This document shows positions 18,471 through 27,067 of a DNA stretch of 64,000 nt, piece after piece. The position numbers and the translations under genes were made by a program. This DNA comes from a virus. Lineage: Duplodnaviria > Caudoviricetes. Numbering within the stretch: the stretch's first letter is position 1; each line of letters begins with the position of its first letter. The notes under the pieces were generated by a model. That model was not told where the DNA came from, did no database searches, and worked only from the letters and a program-made list of their open reading frames with translations. Where the stretch lies: IMG/VR virus record IMGVR_UViG_3300013121_000046; one strand, written 5' to 3'.

Positions 18471-18847
18471 AACACTAACTACCCTTTCTCAAGATAACTA
18501 AAATATTAGGTTAAGCCAAGGGTCATTGCAGGATTATGCTTAGACACTAATCCTCTGAGGTAGGCCAGGTCTCAGAGGAGATAAAATACATATATATGTT
18601 TGTGTTCTTCTTTTTTTCTGGAATTGATTGTTGAGGTTTTGGATAGGGTTGAGGTGGTGAGTGTTATAGCTACTAGGGTAAGCAAAGGCTGTCCAGCCAC
18701 GGTGGACTTCAGAATCCTTAATTTCTAGGTTACTCTGGAATAAAGATTCTGAAGGCTCTATAGGGTTTTTTTGCCTCCTGTCTGTGAGGCGGTTCTTTGG
18801 TCGATTGTCGAGTCGTTCTCCCGCTCGCCTAAAACGAAGTCAGAAAG

Positions 18848-19387
18848 TTAAGCTTTTTCTGAGAGTCTTAGGTATTCAGCGATTAGTAAGGCGTCGGCTA
18901 TCCCTTTCTGCTTGGCTTGAGCGAAGTTTGACCATGTGACTGATGGAAATCGGTTAAGAGCAACTCTTAAGCTCTCCTCCTTACCCAGGCCGGTTCCGGC
19001 TAGGAATTTTTTTTGCCAAGCTTGAGGTGTAACTTCTTGAAAAGGTATGTCGCAGCAGATCAGACCCATTTTTAATGCGACATAATTTCCCCCAAAGTTG
19101 AACATAGCAGTTACACCCTGCTTAGGCATGGCGTGAACTTTTTCAACACAGGCTCGAACTCTGTATCTTACTCGAAGTTCCCTTAGGGAGTCTCTTATCG
19201 CCAGTAAGTCCAGGGTACTTTTGTCTGACTTATTAGTTCGGATTTGTAGCGTTGGCATAGGAAGTACAAAAATGGCTGTACCCGCTCTATCCACCCCGGC
19301 TAGGGCACCACTTAGACCCGGGTCTAACCCCAAGTAAAGTTCCGAGGAGGGACTCTCGGGTAGAACCTCTGCTTGACCGGAAGTCAT
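18848..19387 (-). CDS. RuvC-like Holliday junction resolvase
   Basis: LGLDPGLSGA, VEKVHAMPKQGV..MFNFG, VTPQAWQK, ADALLIA. Confidence 0.88.
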   Translation of the reverse strand: MTSGQAEVLPESPSSELYLGLDPGLSGALAGVDRAGTAIFVLPMPTLQIRTNKSDKSTLDLLAIRDSLRELRVRYRVRACVEKVHAMPKQGVTAMFNFGGNYVALKMGLICCDIPFQEVTPQAWQKKFLAGTGLGKEESLRVALNRFPSVTWSNFAQAKQKGIADALLIAEYLRLSEKA

Positions 19388-19389
19388 TT

Positions 19390-19653
19390 TTATCCCTCAA
19401 GATTTCTTTCTTTTGTCTGATCCTTAACTCCCACCTTGTCTCGATCCGCAGCTAGTTTTATGGCTTGTGTAAAACACGCCCCAAACCAACCTATAGAGCC
19501 TATCAGCATAGCTAGCAGTACTATTACGGCCATACCCTTATCTAACTCATTCTCAAAATCCCTTTGGAGAATGATGAGTATTCCACTACTCAGGATACCG
19601 CAAATACTTAAACTTAAGATAGTCCCAGATACTAACAATTTGAATTGATTCAT
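19390..19653 (-). CDS. Two-TM membrane protein
   Basis: Two hydrophobic helices, charged tail. Confidence 0.65.
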   Translation of the reverse strand: MNQFKLLVSGTILSLSICGILSSGILIILQRDFENELDKGMAVIVLLAMLIGSIGWFGACFTQAIKLAADRDKVGVKDQTKERNLEG

Positions 19654-19663
19654 CTGATTAGTC

Positions 19664-19798
19664 CTATCCTTTTCCTTTAAGGAAATTTATGAAGCAGGTT
19701 TGCTGTGTTTTGCCAGAATTTTTTGAGCTAATGACAAACTGTAGCCGGTTCTGCTTGCAAAATTTTGACTGGAAAATAAACAATATTTGGGTTGTCAT
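19664..19798 (-). CDS. Putative 44-aa peptide
   Basis: TGATG coupling to upstream peptide; ends 10 nt before next gene. Confidence 0.3.
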   Translation of the reverse strand: MTTQILFIFQSKFCKQNRLQFVISSKNSGKTQQTCFINFLKGKG

Positions 19799-19902
19799 CA
19801 CTGGTCGGCTCTTGGGTATTTGTTTTGGTAATAAGGATCATATTTGGCAAAATATACTATGATTAATATACCTAACAACAACCCCAATATTACGTCTAAC
19901 AT
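19798..19902 (-). CDS. 34-aa single-TM micropeptide
   Basis: AAGGAG SD; MLDVILGLLLGILIIVYFAKYDPYYQNKYPRADQ; not in track. Confidence 0.65.
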   Translation of the reverse strand: MLDVILGLLLGILIIVYFAKYDPYYQNKYPRADQ

Positions 19903-19917
19903 AGTGTCTCCTTATGT

Positions 19918-19939
19918 AGTATACCACTATATGTTGTGG
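19918..19939 (-). promoter_or_regulatory. Extended -10 (TGGTATACT) overlapped by an NrdR-box-like palindrome
   Basis: CCACTATATGTTGTGG at 19924-19939 vs NrdR consensus acaCwAtATaTwGtg. Confidence 0.5.
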
Positions 19940-20076
19940 TTTTACCTATTTTAACATCACATGATGGGTTTGAGCGGTATTATGGTATACTCCTTAGTAG
20001 TAAAACTTTATTAACCTCCTATACATCTGAAAATCTTCATAATTGGGAAAATGGCCAAAAAACGTCAAATGTAATT

Positions 20077-20122
20077 AAAAAAATAAGAAGTAGCCTCGGT
20101 GAACCAAGACTACTTCTTATTT
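20077..20122 (-). terminator. Terminator after ssb (possibly bidirectional)
   Basis: Minus: AATAAGAAGTAGTCTTGG-TTCA-CCGAGGCTACTTCTTATT then T run. Confidence 0.8.
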
Positions 20123-20141
20123 ATTACTCACTTTGATCCCA

Positions 20142-20972
20142 CTAGATATTCAGTAAGGAACCATAGTCTTCCTCTGAACGACCTGGAGGGGTGCCTTGCC
20201 CAAATAAGGTGGCAATTTCTGGTACAGAGTAATCCTTCTGGGCCAACCCACGATAGATTTTCGCAAAAAGAGGTAAACCCTCACGAATAATCCTCCGCTG
20301 AACCTCCAAACCCCGAGATCTCCATAGACATTTGGGGGTATTGGAAACCTTCAGCCTTTCCATCTTACCAGAGGGTTCCATCCCCACGATATAGTCACTG
20401 AAAATAGGGGGGTACTGACTGTGTGATTCTTTGAAGGCCCTCATCTTAGCCTCTGTCAAATTCCAAATTTGAAGAGAGTAGTTGAAATCCAGCTTCCCAT
20501 CCGCAGTCACCTCAGGATTTGCCCTAGCTACCGGGTCCCCGTTTACATCCGTTTGATAGACAATGGCAATCAGACCGTATGCCATTGCTTTCTCTTTCGA
20601 CGAACGTTCGCAGCAACAAGCGCCCTCTGTCGCCTTGCAGAAGAACGGCCCAGAGTCATGCCAATGGATGTAGGCGGCCTCTACCTTGGAGTAAAGGTAC
20701 CCCTCTTCACCCTTATCGTTCGTCCACTTCTGTGTAGAGGGGGCTTCTCTCTCCAAGCCCTTTTGGATCAACTCGTGCATTCGCTTCCGTTGGGCAGCCT
20801 CTGCGGCAACCTTAGGGTCCTTCTTAGCCAATTCCTCCATTTCAGGGGAAACAGTCAAATCTGCTAAGCTAATGAAGCCTGGCAGAATAGATATCCGATT
20901 CTTAACATTCAGGGCCGGCTTAAACCAACCCGAACCACCACTACCAACTGTCGGATCATCAAGAATATACAT
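20142..20972 (-). CDS. gp32-like single-stranded DNA-binding protein
   Basis: WFKP....NRISILP, H..C..CCC Zn ligands, IAIVYQTD, QIW, acidic C-terminus. Confidence 0.7.
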   Translation of the reverse strand: MYILDDPTVGSGGSGWFKPALNVKNRISILPGFISLADLTVSPEMEELAKKDPKVAAEAAQRKRMHELIQKGLEREAPSTQKWTNDKGEEGYLYSKVEAAYIHWHDSGPFFCKATEGACCCERSSKEKAMAYGLIAIVYQTDVNGDPVARANPEVTADGKLDFNYSLQIWNLTEAKMRAFKESHSQYPPIFSDYIVGMEPSGKMERLKVSNTPKCLWRSRGLEVQRRIIREGLPLFAKIYRGLAQKDYSVPEIATLFGQGTPPGRSEEDYGSLLNI

Positions 20973-21121
20973 AACTTACTCCCAAAAAGGTATTAGACCC
21001 TCATTTTTAGTCGGAGACTGAATCTAATTAGATTCTTTGTCTTTGACCCACATCTGATGCCAAGGGCAAACATCAAAAGTGTACTGAGTCTCAACCTATT
21101 AAGTTGAGTTATCTGTTATAG

Positions 21122-21766
21122 CTATTCCCGAAAGTTTCCAGTGTCTAACGCACTAAAAACGGCTGGGGAAATATCTTCAGAAGAGTGGGTGGGCTTCTTC
21201 TTAGGGGGTCTACCTGGGCCTCGACTAAGACCTAGGGCCTTAAGCTCTAATCCAATAGCAGCATTCTGAAGCCGTATGGCTGAATCTTTCTTACCCAAAG
21301 TTTCAATTTTTGTTTGAATAGCCTTATCTAAAAGACTAAGCTCTACTAACTCATTCTCAGTCTTCAACATTCTTTGTTCAAATGTATCCTGAGCCTGCTC
21401 TAACTCAGCAACGGTCTTACCCTCATTACTTGCTATATTCTGTGTTAAGTAAGTATTGGCTTGAAGTTCTGCCTTTGCCCATAATAATCTTTGGGTCAAC
21501 CCTACACGATCCGCTGTAGGCATATTAACAGCGAAGTGACGTACTGCCTCTTCCCACATAGTTTTCAACTGAATCTTCAATACTTTTCTGGCGGCTAACT
21601 CCTTTTTAACTTCTACATTAAGGCTATTGCAACTTTCTAAGGATGCCTGAACCTGAGCTATTTTTTCACAGATATAAGTAGCAGACTGTGTTCGAGGATC
21701 TGAGTGAAGGGGCACATCAACAGAGGTTAAAGCTTGGTATATCTCAGCAACTCGTTCTGGTGTCAT
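21122..21766 (-). CDS. Coiled-coil protein with AT-hook-like GRPPKKK motif
   Basis: Helical heptads; RGPGRPPKKK. Confidence 0.6.
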   Translation of the reverse strand: MTPERVAEIYQALTSVDVPLHSDPRTQSATYICEKIAQVQASLESCNSLNVEVKKELAARKVLKIQLKTMWEEAVRHFAVNMPTADRVGLTQRLLWAKAELQANTYLTQNIASNEGKTVAELEQAQDTFEQRMLKTENELVELSLLDKAIQTKIETLGKKDSAIRLQNAAIGLELKALGLSRGPGRPPKKKPTHSSEDISPAVFSALDTGNFRE

Positions 21767-22076
21767 CTTGGGACTCCAAAGGCTTGCGGGTCAGACTGGA
21801 GATAATTACATCATACTCGACGATGGCTAATTTCTCCCGATCCGGTGGGGCAATCCCCCTGGCAGCTAAATCTGCCATTAATAGCTGTTGCAAATTCTTA
21901 CGGACTTTGACCGCAACAAGCTTAGCCTCTTCCGGTGACCAAACTTCGCCCTGATTACTCGGGACAACAGTCATGCTGACCTTAGACCCGGAAGATTCCC
22001 CTGAGATATCTTGAGATCGCCAACCCTTATATTCAGCAGATACCTCAATTTGTTGTACTGAAAAACCATTTGTCAT
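21744..22076 (-). CDS. Hypothetical protein
   Basis: ATGA-coupled to groES. Confidence 0.6.
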   Translation of the reverse strand: MTNGFSVQQIEVSAEYKGWRSQDISGESSGSKVSMTVVPSNQGEVWSPEEAKLVAVKVRKNLQQLLMADLAARGIAPPDREKLAIVEYDVIISSLTRKPLESQDDTRTSC

Positions 22077-22492
22077 CCTGTGAAATCCCCAGATAACAGT
22101 CTTTCCTTTAACTCCGCATCTATGATTCTACAGACCACATCCCGCTCTCGAATTAAATAAATCTTACCAAGATCGTCCCCAATATCCCGTAACCCCAACT
22201 CCCGATAAAATTCACTAGTCAACTCTAGCCCAGCAGCGCCAGAGAATAGCACAATATCTCCCGGAATTACATCCATCTTCTTCTGTGACCCATCATCAAA
22301 GTACCGCCCTTCTCCTACCGCCAAAACGTATCCTTTGGTAACCAACTTCGCTCTCTTTTCATCCGAGGCTAAAATAATTCCTCCAGCAGTCTTACGAGTT
22401 TCGATATGCCGAATCAATAAAGAGTCATCACAGCACTTAAGTTTTCCGGAGAAAACGCTGATTTCCTCAAGGTAGCCATCTTTCTTAGCCAT
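22073..22492 (-). CDS. groES: GroES/Cpn10 co-chaperonin
   Basis: KTAGGIIL, G.VLAVGEGR, MDVIPGDIVLF, YLIRERDV. Confidence 0.88.
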   Translation of the reverse strand: MAKKDGYLEEISVFSGKLKCCDDSLLIRHIETRKTAGGIILASDEKRAKLVTKGYVLAVGEGRYFDDGSQKKMDVIPGDIVLFSGAAGLELTSEFYRELGLRDIGDDLGKIYLIRERDVVCRIIDAELKERLLSGDFTG

Positions 22493-22509
22493 CAGATTGT
22501 CCTTGGTTT

Positions 22510-22929
22510 CTACGGTTCAGGTATTAACTGAAGTTTGTCTTTAGGTATAAAACCCATCAAGAATCTTGGGGGTGTTCCATTATACTGAGCATCGGGAATC
22601 AAGACGGGAACTTCGTCCTCGCTTTGAGGTAATGCCCGATACAAATTTTGACCTATGGTGAATACATGTCCAGAAGAAAACTTCTTTGGGGTACAACCAA
22701 CCATAATCTCAACATCTTCAAGTAGAGTCACCCTACTCTGATAGCAAAACAGTTCCCCTCGACTCTCTTGTCTGGTAACTATAGCTACCGAGTATAAAGT
22801 GCGACACAGTGGACAGCGAAAAGAGTTCCCAGAAATACTTACCGAAGACTGCTGTCCACAACAAGAAAAAGTAATCGTCCCCTCTACATTTGGGGGTATT
22901 ACAGTGGTAGAATTAGGATCTTTTGGCAC
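22510..22929 (-). CDS. Zn-ribbon hypothetical protein
   Basis: SCCG ... CPLC. Confidence 0.55.
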   Translation of the reverse strand: MPKDPNSTTVIPPNVEGTITFSCCGQQSSVSISGNSFRCPLCRTLYSVAIVTRQESRGELFCYQSRVTLLEDVEIMVGCTPKKFSSGHVFTIGQNLYRALPQSEDEVPVLIPDAQYNGTPPRFLMGFIPKDKLQLIPEP

Positions 22930-23410
22930 GAGATTTTGTTGCCTTTGAAGATTTCACAGTTGAAGTCTTCTTTGCTTTTACCTTAGAGGCCGACTTAGTT
23001 TCCCTTGTAGTCTTAGTTACTTTTTTCGTGACCTTCTTGTCCTTAGCCTTCTCTGAAAACTTTCGCAAATTATCCTCAATAACTTTCTGCTCCTCTCTAA
23101 GAGCCAGCATTCCACTCAACACACCCTCTACTCGACCTAAGGAGATGAGGCTCTTGTGAAAAACCTCCATTGTTTGTTGAGTACAATTCGCTGTCCAATC
23201 CTTACCGGCCTCAACAACCCTGGATCTTAGCATTATATACAAAGGGATAATGTATTGAAGAATCTCAGGGGAATTCTCTATGTCCTTCTGGGTCTCTGCA
23301 ATTAAATCTGAGATATCATCTGTCACACGTTTCTTGTATACGGCTTCCGCCGCATTGAAAAATTGAGTCATCGAAGGGTAAACAAGTAACAACTTTTCAG
23401 ACATTACCAA
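22913..23410 (-). CDS. Protein with Lys-rich histone-H1-like tail
   Basis: KKVTKKVTKTT...KAKKTSTVKSSKATKSRAKRS. Confidence 0.6.
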   Translation of the reverse strand: MVMSEKLLLVYPSMTQFFNAAEAVYKKRVTDDISDLIAETQKDIENSPEILQYIIPLYIMLRSRVVEAGKDWTANCTQQTMEVFHKSLISLGRVEGVLSGMLALREEQKVIEDNLRKFSEKAKDKKVTKKVTKTTRETKSASKVKAKKTSTVKSSKATKSRAKRS

Positions 23411-24182
23411 ATTCCTTTTGTACTACCGTGTCTCCCCAGAATTTACCACCTGTGACAGTCAATCTTATCGAGGAATCTCCCGCAACCAATAACTCCTCCC
23501 GAAGCACCTGAAACAACTCATCTGTAGTGTCGGAAACTTGAAGCAGCACTCCCCGAGGCAATACGGCAAGGATTCTTCCCCGTAAACGCTTAAAATTTTC
23601 TGAGTGCCACAAGTTCAAAATTCCGGAGTAACAAACTCCGCCAATATCCTTGGAAGGTTGCGGGAGTATCTCTACAATACCAAGGTGGGAAGAAATTCCG
23701 GAGAATATTTTCCCACCCTCAAATCCCAAGAATTCACACATCAGGATATTTTGATCGGGAATTCGGATCAGAGGCCAAAGATGCGATTTCCAGAAAAAAA
23801 CAGCACTAGCCGGACATTCTCCGAGGGAATCTAAGGAGCGAATAACTGCCCTAACCTCCCGTAGCTGTATGGTTAGATTTCGCAGAGACCAAAGCTCAGC
23901 CATAGCTGAGGAGGCTACATTCGGTAACTGCTCAGGTAGCACCAGCCTCCCTGAGACCGTTCTAGGGAGTATAACCCCAGCCTCTTGCGTCAGTTTCTCC
24001 CAACTCTCGATACTCAGGGGATTTAGATATCGACCCTGACTCTGAGCCAATCGGCTACTTCCCTCAGCAAGGTTCTTGGCTAATTTAGTATCTAGCTGAG
24101 CCCCAAAATGCAAAGAACACCTCAATTTTTGACGATTGAGGTGTTCCAGAATGTGCCGAATTTGACCCAGTACTGAGGTCAA
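23397..24182 (-). CDS. Degenerate, catalytically dead family-A polymerase paralogue (thumb + palm); likely TTG start 24182
   Basis: LNPLS..W, LPRTVSGR, ELWSLRNL, ILMCEFLGFE, RILAVLPRGVLLQV, LTVTGGKFWGD follow PolA motif order. Confidence 0.6.
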   Translation of the reverse strand: MTSVLGQIRHILEHLNRQKLRCSLHFGAQLDTKLAKNLAEGSSRLAQSQGRYLNPLSIESWEKLTQEAGVILPRTVSGRLVLPEQLPNVASSAMAELWSLRNLTIQLREVRAVIRSLDSLGECPASAVFFWKSHLWPLIRIPDQNILMCEFLGFEGGKIFSGISSHLGIVEILPQPSKDIGGVCYSGILNLWHSENFKRLRGRILAVLPRGVLLQVSDTTDELFQVLREELLVAGDSSIRLTVTGGKFWGDTVVQKEFGNV

Positions 24183-24796
24183 TACCTCTTCAGAGTCACG
24201 GTCTGATTGAAGCCCATCTCGGTCAGCGACAGGGCCGCTTCGGGATTTTTCCAAACCCATTTAGCGAGATCCTTCTTCGCCGTAATACTCCGAGTGTAGG
24301 AGAAAATCTCCTGAAATCGCTCTTGACCCAATGCGGTGGCTAACTCGGCCACCAGCTTCAAAAGGGCTGTCTCATCTTCCAACAGAGGGGGCTTAACCGT
24401 GAGAGAGGAAACCTCACAAAAAAATTCTGAATACGCTTCCTCACCCACCGCCTCAACCAAGGCTTCCCTCTGATTCTCCCCCATTACGGGGTACCGAGCC
24501 TGAAACTGAACCTGAGCCTTTTCCCCATTTGGGGTTAGCAGGTCTACGGTTCGACAATACTCCTCTTGCTTATCCCGAAATACTTCTGCGAGCATCTTCA
24601 CCGGCGGCTTGGTTTTCTCACAAGCAGTATTAGCAGTCTTCAGCTTTTTATCCGCTGCCAAAAATTGATTCACAACCGCTAACTGCTTGTCGGACAAATC
24701 AGAAACTACCAGGGTCTCAGAGACTTCCTTTTCTACTGCGGCATCCTCTTTTACAGAGTTGAGCAACTTCGCAGCTTTTGCAAGAGAGACCGCCAT
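24179..24796 (-). CDS. Hypothetical (probably early) protein
   Basis: AGGAGG SD, own promoter. Confidence 0.7.
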   Translation of the reverse strand: MAVSLAKAAKLLNSVKEDAAVEKEVSETLVVSDLSDKQLAVVNQFLAADKKLKTANTACEKTKPPVKMLAEVFRDKQEEYCRTVDLLTPNGEKAQVQFQARYPVMGENQREALVEAVGEEAYSEFFCEVSSLTVKPPLLEDETALLKLVAELATALGQERFQEIFSYTRSITAKKDLAKWVWKNPEAALSLTEMGFNQTVTLKRY

Positions 24797-24840
24797 GATA
24801 TCTTCCCTCCTATCCTGTTGGAGAATTTTTCTGCTAGGTT

Positions 24841-24854
24841 AATATACCCCAAAA
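24841..24854 (-). promoter_or_regulatory. Putative promoter TTTTGGGGTATATT
   Basis: Shared GGTATAHT motif about 45 nt upstream of ATG. Confidence 0.5.
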
Positions 24855-24873
24855 ATGTTTCTTCTGGTACCCC

Positions 24874-25017
24874 CTACCTAAAATTTTCTCTAGTTTTGGG
24901 TTGAATGACTAGATTCATCCCCCCCACTACTTGGGGGTGGATATATTGGATGGATAGCTGCGTCGTTGTCTCGCAGCCGGAGCAAAAAATCAAAAAGCAT
25001 CCTACCCATTTCCACAT
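24874..25017 (-). CDS. 47-aa putative lipoprotein
   Basis: AAGGA SD; MWKWVGCFLIFCSGC lipobox-like; not in track. Confidence 0.55.
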   Translation of the reverse strand: MWKWVGCFLIFCSGCETTTQLSIQYIHPQVVGGMNLVIQPKTRENFR

Positions 25018-25045
25018 ATCAAATCCTTTTTCGAGTCAAAGCTTC

Positions 25046-25264
25046 CTATCTAAAACCAACTGACTCCAAATACTTCTTAGCCTGAATACAGGCGCTAGTT
25101 CTACTCTGTTCCGGTGCTTCCAATAGTACCTTCTCACCACACATAGGACAGTATGCAACGACCTCTGAAACCATCGGTGCTGATTCTTCGAGTTGTCCTC
25201 CATGACAACTTGGGCAAGAAAAGATGTACACCTGTTTGACTTGAACTAATCGCCCAGCGACCAT
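25046..25264 (-). CDS. Small Zn-ribbon protein
   Basis: CPSC ... CPMC; GGGAG SD. Confidence 0.65.
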   Translation of the reverse strand: MVAGRLVQVKQVYIFSCPSCHGGQLEESAPMVSEVVAYCPMCGEKVLLEAPEQSRTSACIQAKKYLESVGFR

Positions 25265-25354
25265 AAAAATCTCCCATTAGACAGAGGACCTTGGGATCAT
25301 TCGCCCCCAATCTACCAGAGCCATCTACTACGAAGAGCCGAAATTTTGAACTCT

Positions 25355-26500
25355 TTAACAGCAATAGTAGAGCTTACTCTCTGCCCTAGTTACAGCAGTA
25401 TACCGCCACCTAATGGGATCCCAGGAATTTCTCTTTCTACCTAATTCGTCAAAAACTAATACAGACTTGAATGAATCTGCTTGCGCCTTATGACAGGTTA
25501 TTGCATAACCATAATCGCATTGAACCATCTCTTTTCCAACTTCATCCAAAGTCTTGGGGCTATTGAATTGCGCCTTCCAAAGGGGCAAATCACCAACTGC
25601 TACACCTAACTCATCCACAGCCTTAATTACCACAACTTCGTCATTCTCAAAAATTTTATCCTCGACAAACAATATCTGCCCATTATAAACCTGATAAGTA
25701 GAGTTATTTCTCAAGCAAACCAAACGTTCCCCAATGGAGACGGAGCCACTGAATCCTTTTGCCTTTCGTATTTCGTAATTGAACCTCTGCCTCGTTGTAT
25801 TATAGGCACAAATAATCTGGTCTACCTCTAAAGCTATTGATCGAATTCCACCAGAATATGGCAGAACCTTACTTGCCTCCAGTATCTTAATGTCTTGGGC
25901 TTTTCGCCATCGGTCTGGCTTAAACAAACCCCACCGAATTTCACAGGAGAGTTTTATGATCTCAGAGTCTTTTGCCTGACGAAAAATGGTCTCTAAGCGA
26001 AAGTCCGGATTTTCCATTAAGGAAACATGTTCACCGATAGGCTGAAGCTGTCCATGATCCCCTACATACAGTACGGGCCGATTGAAGGAAATTAAATCCT
26101 GATAATTCCTGCGGGAAATCATAGAGGCTTCGTCAACAATTATTCTTACATCCTCAGGAAGGTACGGAACCTTCACAAACACTGGTTCCCTTAACCGCTT
26201 AGTTTCCTCAGCATCTAAGTAATAAATTAGTTGATGGACTGTACTGGCCCGAAAGACACCTTTTCTTTTAAGCACTGACACAGCTTTCCCTGTATAGGCA
26301 ATAACCCGAACATCCCCTTCTATTTTTTTAAGCAAAGCCTTAATTACATGTGTCTTTCCGGTACCTGCATAACCCCCCAAAACAAACTGACTGTATTCAT
26401 TTTGTTTAGTCCTATCAAACCAATCCATTATCTCTGTCTGTGCGGCCATTTGAGCCTCAGACAATTCAATCTGTTCCGTTGGCCGAGACACCTCTTCCAT
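25355..26500 (-). CDS. Dda/RecD2-like SF1B DNA helicase
   Basis: GYAGTGKT, AYTGKA, DEASM, GDHGQL, RQA, YAITCHKAQ, YTAVTRA. Confidence 0.9.
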   Translation of the reverse strand: MEEVSRPTEQIELSEAQMAAQTEIMDWFDRTKQNEYSQFVLGGYAGTGKTHVIKALLKKIEGDVRVIAYTGKAVSVLKRKGVFRASTVHQLIYYLDAEETKRLREPVFVKVPYLPEDVRIIVDEASMISRRNYQDLISFNRPVLYVGDHGQLQPIGEHVSLMENPDFRLETIFRQAKDSEIIKLSCEIRWGLFKPDRWRKAQDIKILEASKVLPYSGGIRSIALEVDQIICAYNTTRQRFNYEIRKAKGFSGSVSIGERLVCLRNNSTYQVYNGQILFVEDKIFENDEVVVIKAVDELGVAVGDLPLWKAQFNSPKTLDEVGKEMVQCDYGYAITCHKAQADSFKSVLVFDELGRKRNSWDPIRWRYTAVTRAESKLYYCC

Positions 26501-26513
26501 CCTATCCCCCTAT

Positions 26514-26548
26514 AAAAAAACCTCGGAGAGACTGGAATCCCCCCGAGG
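26514..26548 (-). terminator. Rho-independent terminator
   Basis: CCTCGGGGGGA...TCTCTCCGAGG + T7. Confidence 0.75.
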
Positions 26549-26570
26549 TCCTGTGGTTGAGTAAACTCAA

Positions 26571-27005
26571 CTATGGCGAAGTTTCACTCACGACTCGAAT
26601 ACCCAATTCCCCCGGATTCGGAGGGGGGATAGTGTCAGTCAGCACGCCGGAAAGTACCGAAGGAATTTTTGAACGATTCCCAGCGTCGTCGATGTAGACA
26701 AATGATAACTGGTACTTGGCTCCCTGCGGACCAGTTAAACCAGTTACCTCAGTCTGCTCGGGCGTAGTGGGGAATATCTGCTCTTCTCCAGTACCGATTT
26801 TAACCCTAAGTTCACCCCCAACAATATCCGATCCCGGAGCCCTAGGCACACTCACTTCAAAACCAAGTTGATCCATGTTTTCTCCCTTGACGGTTAAAGA
26901 AATACTAGTAGGGTTAGGCGTTCGGTAGGAGAACAACTTCTTTATTAGTCGTTCCAAATGATCCAATCTACTTCCTAGAGGGGGTGAGATATCTTTTTTA
27001 GGCAT
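26571..27005 (-). CDS. Small Ig/FN3-like beta-sandwich protein
   Basis: YIDDAGNRS ... DTIPPPNPG. Confidence 0.55.
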   Translation of the reverse strand: MPKKDISPPLGSRLDHLERLIKKLFSYRTPNPTSISLTVKGENMDQLGFEVSVPRAPGSDIVGGELRVKIGTGEEQIFPTTPEQTEVTGLTGPQGAKYQLSFVYIDDAGNRSKIPSVLSGVLTDTIPPPNPGELGIRVVSETSP

Positions 27006-27067
27006 CTCAATCCTCCCAAGGCGGTAGGTTGGTAAATTTTTCCACCCTACTATTATACTGGATAGAT

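Noticed and set aside
19708-19852. Nested plus-strand stems suggesting an ncRNA
   Set aside because: Short AT-rich stems overlapping the minus-strand peptide ORFs; chance pairing cannot be excluded
19936-20136. 66-aa plus-strand ORF
   Set aside because: No SD, and it runs through a promoter motif and a terminator hairpin
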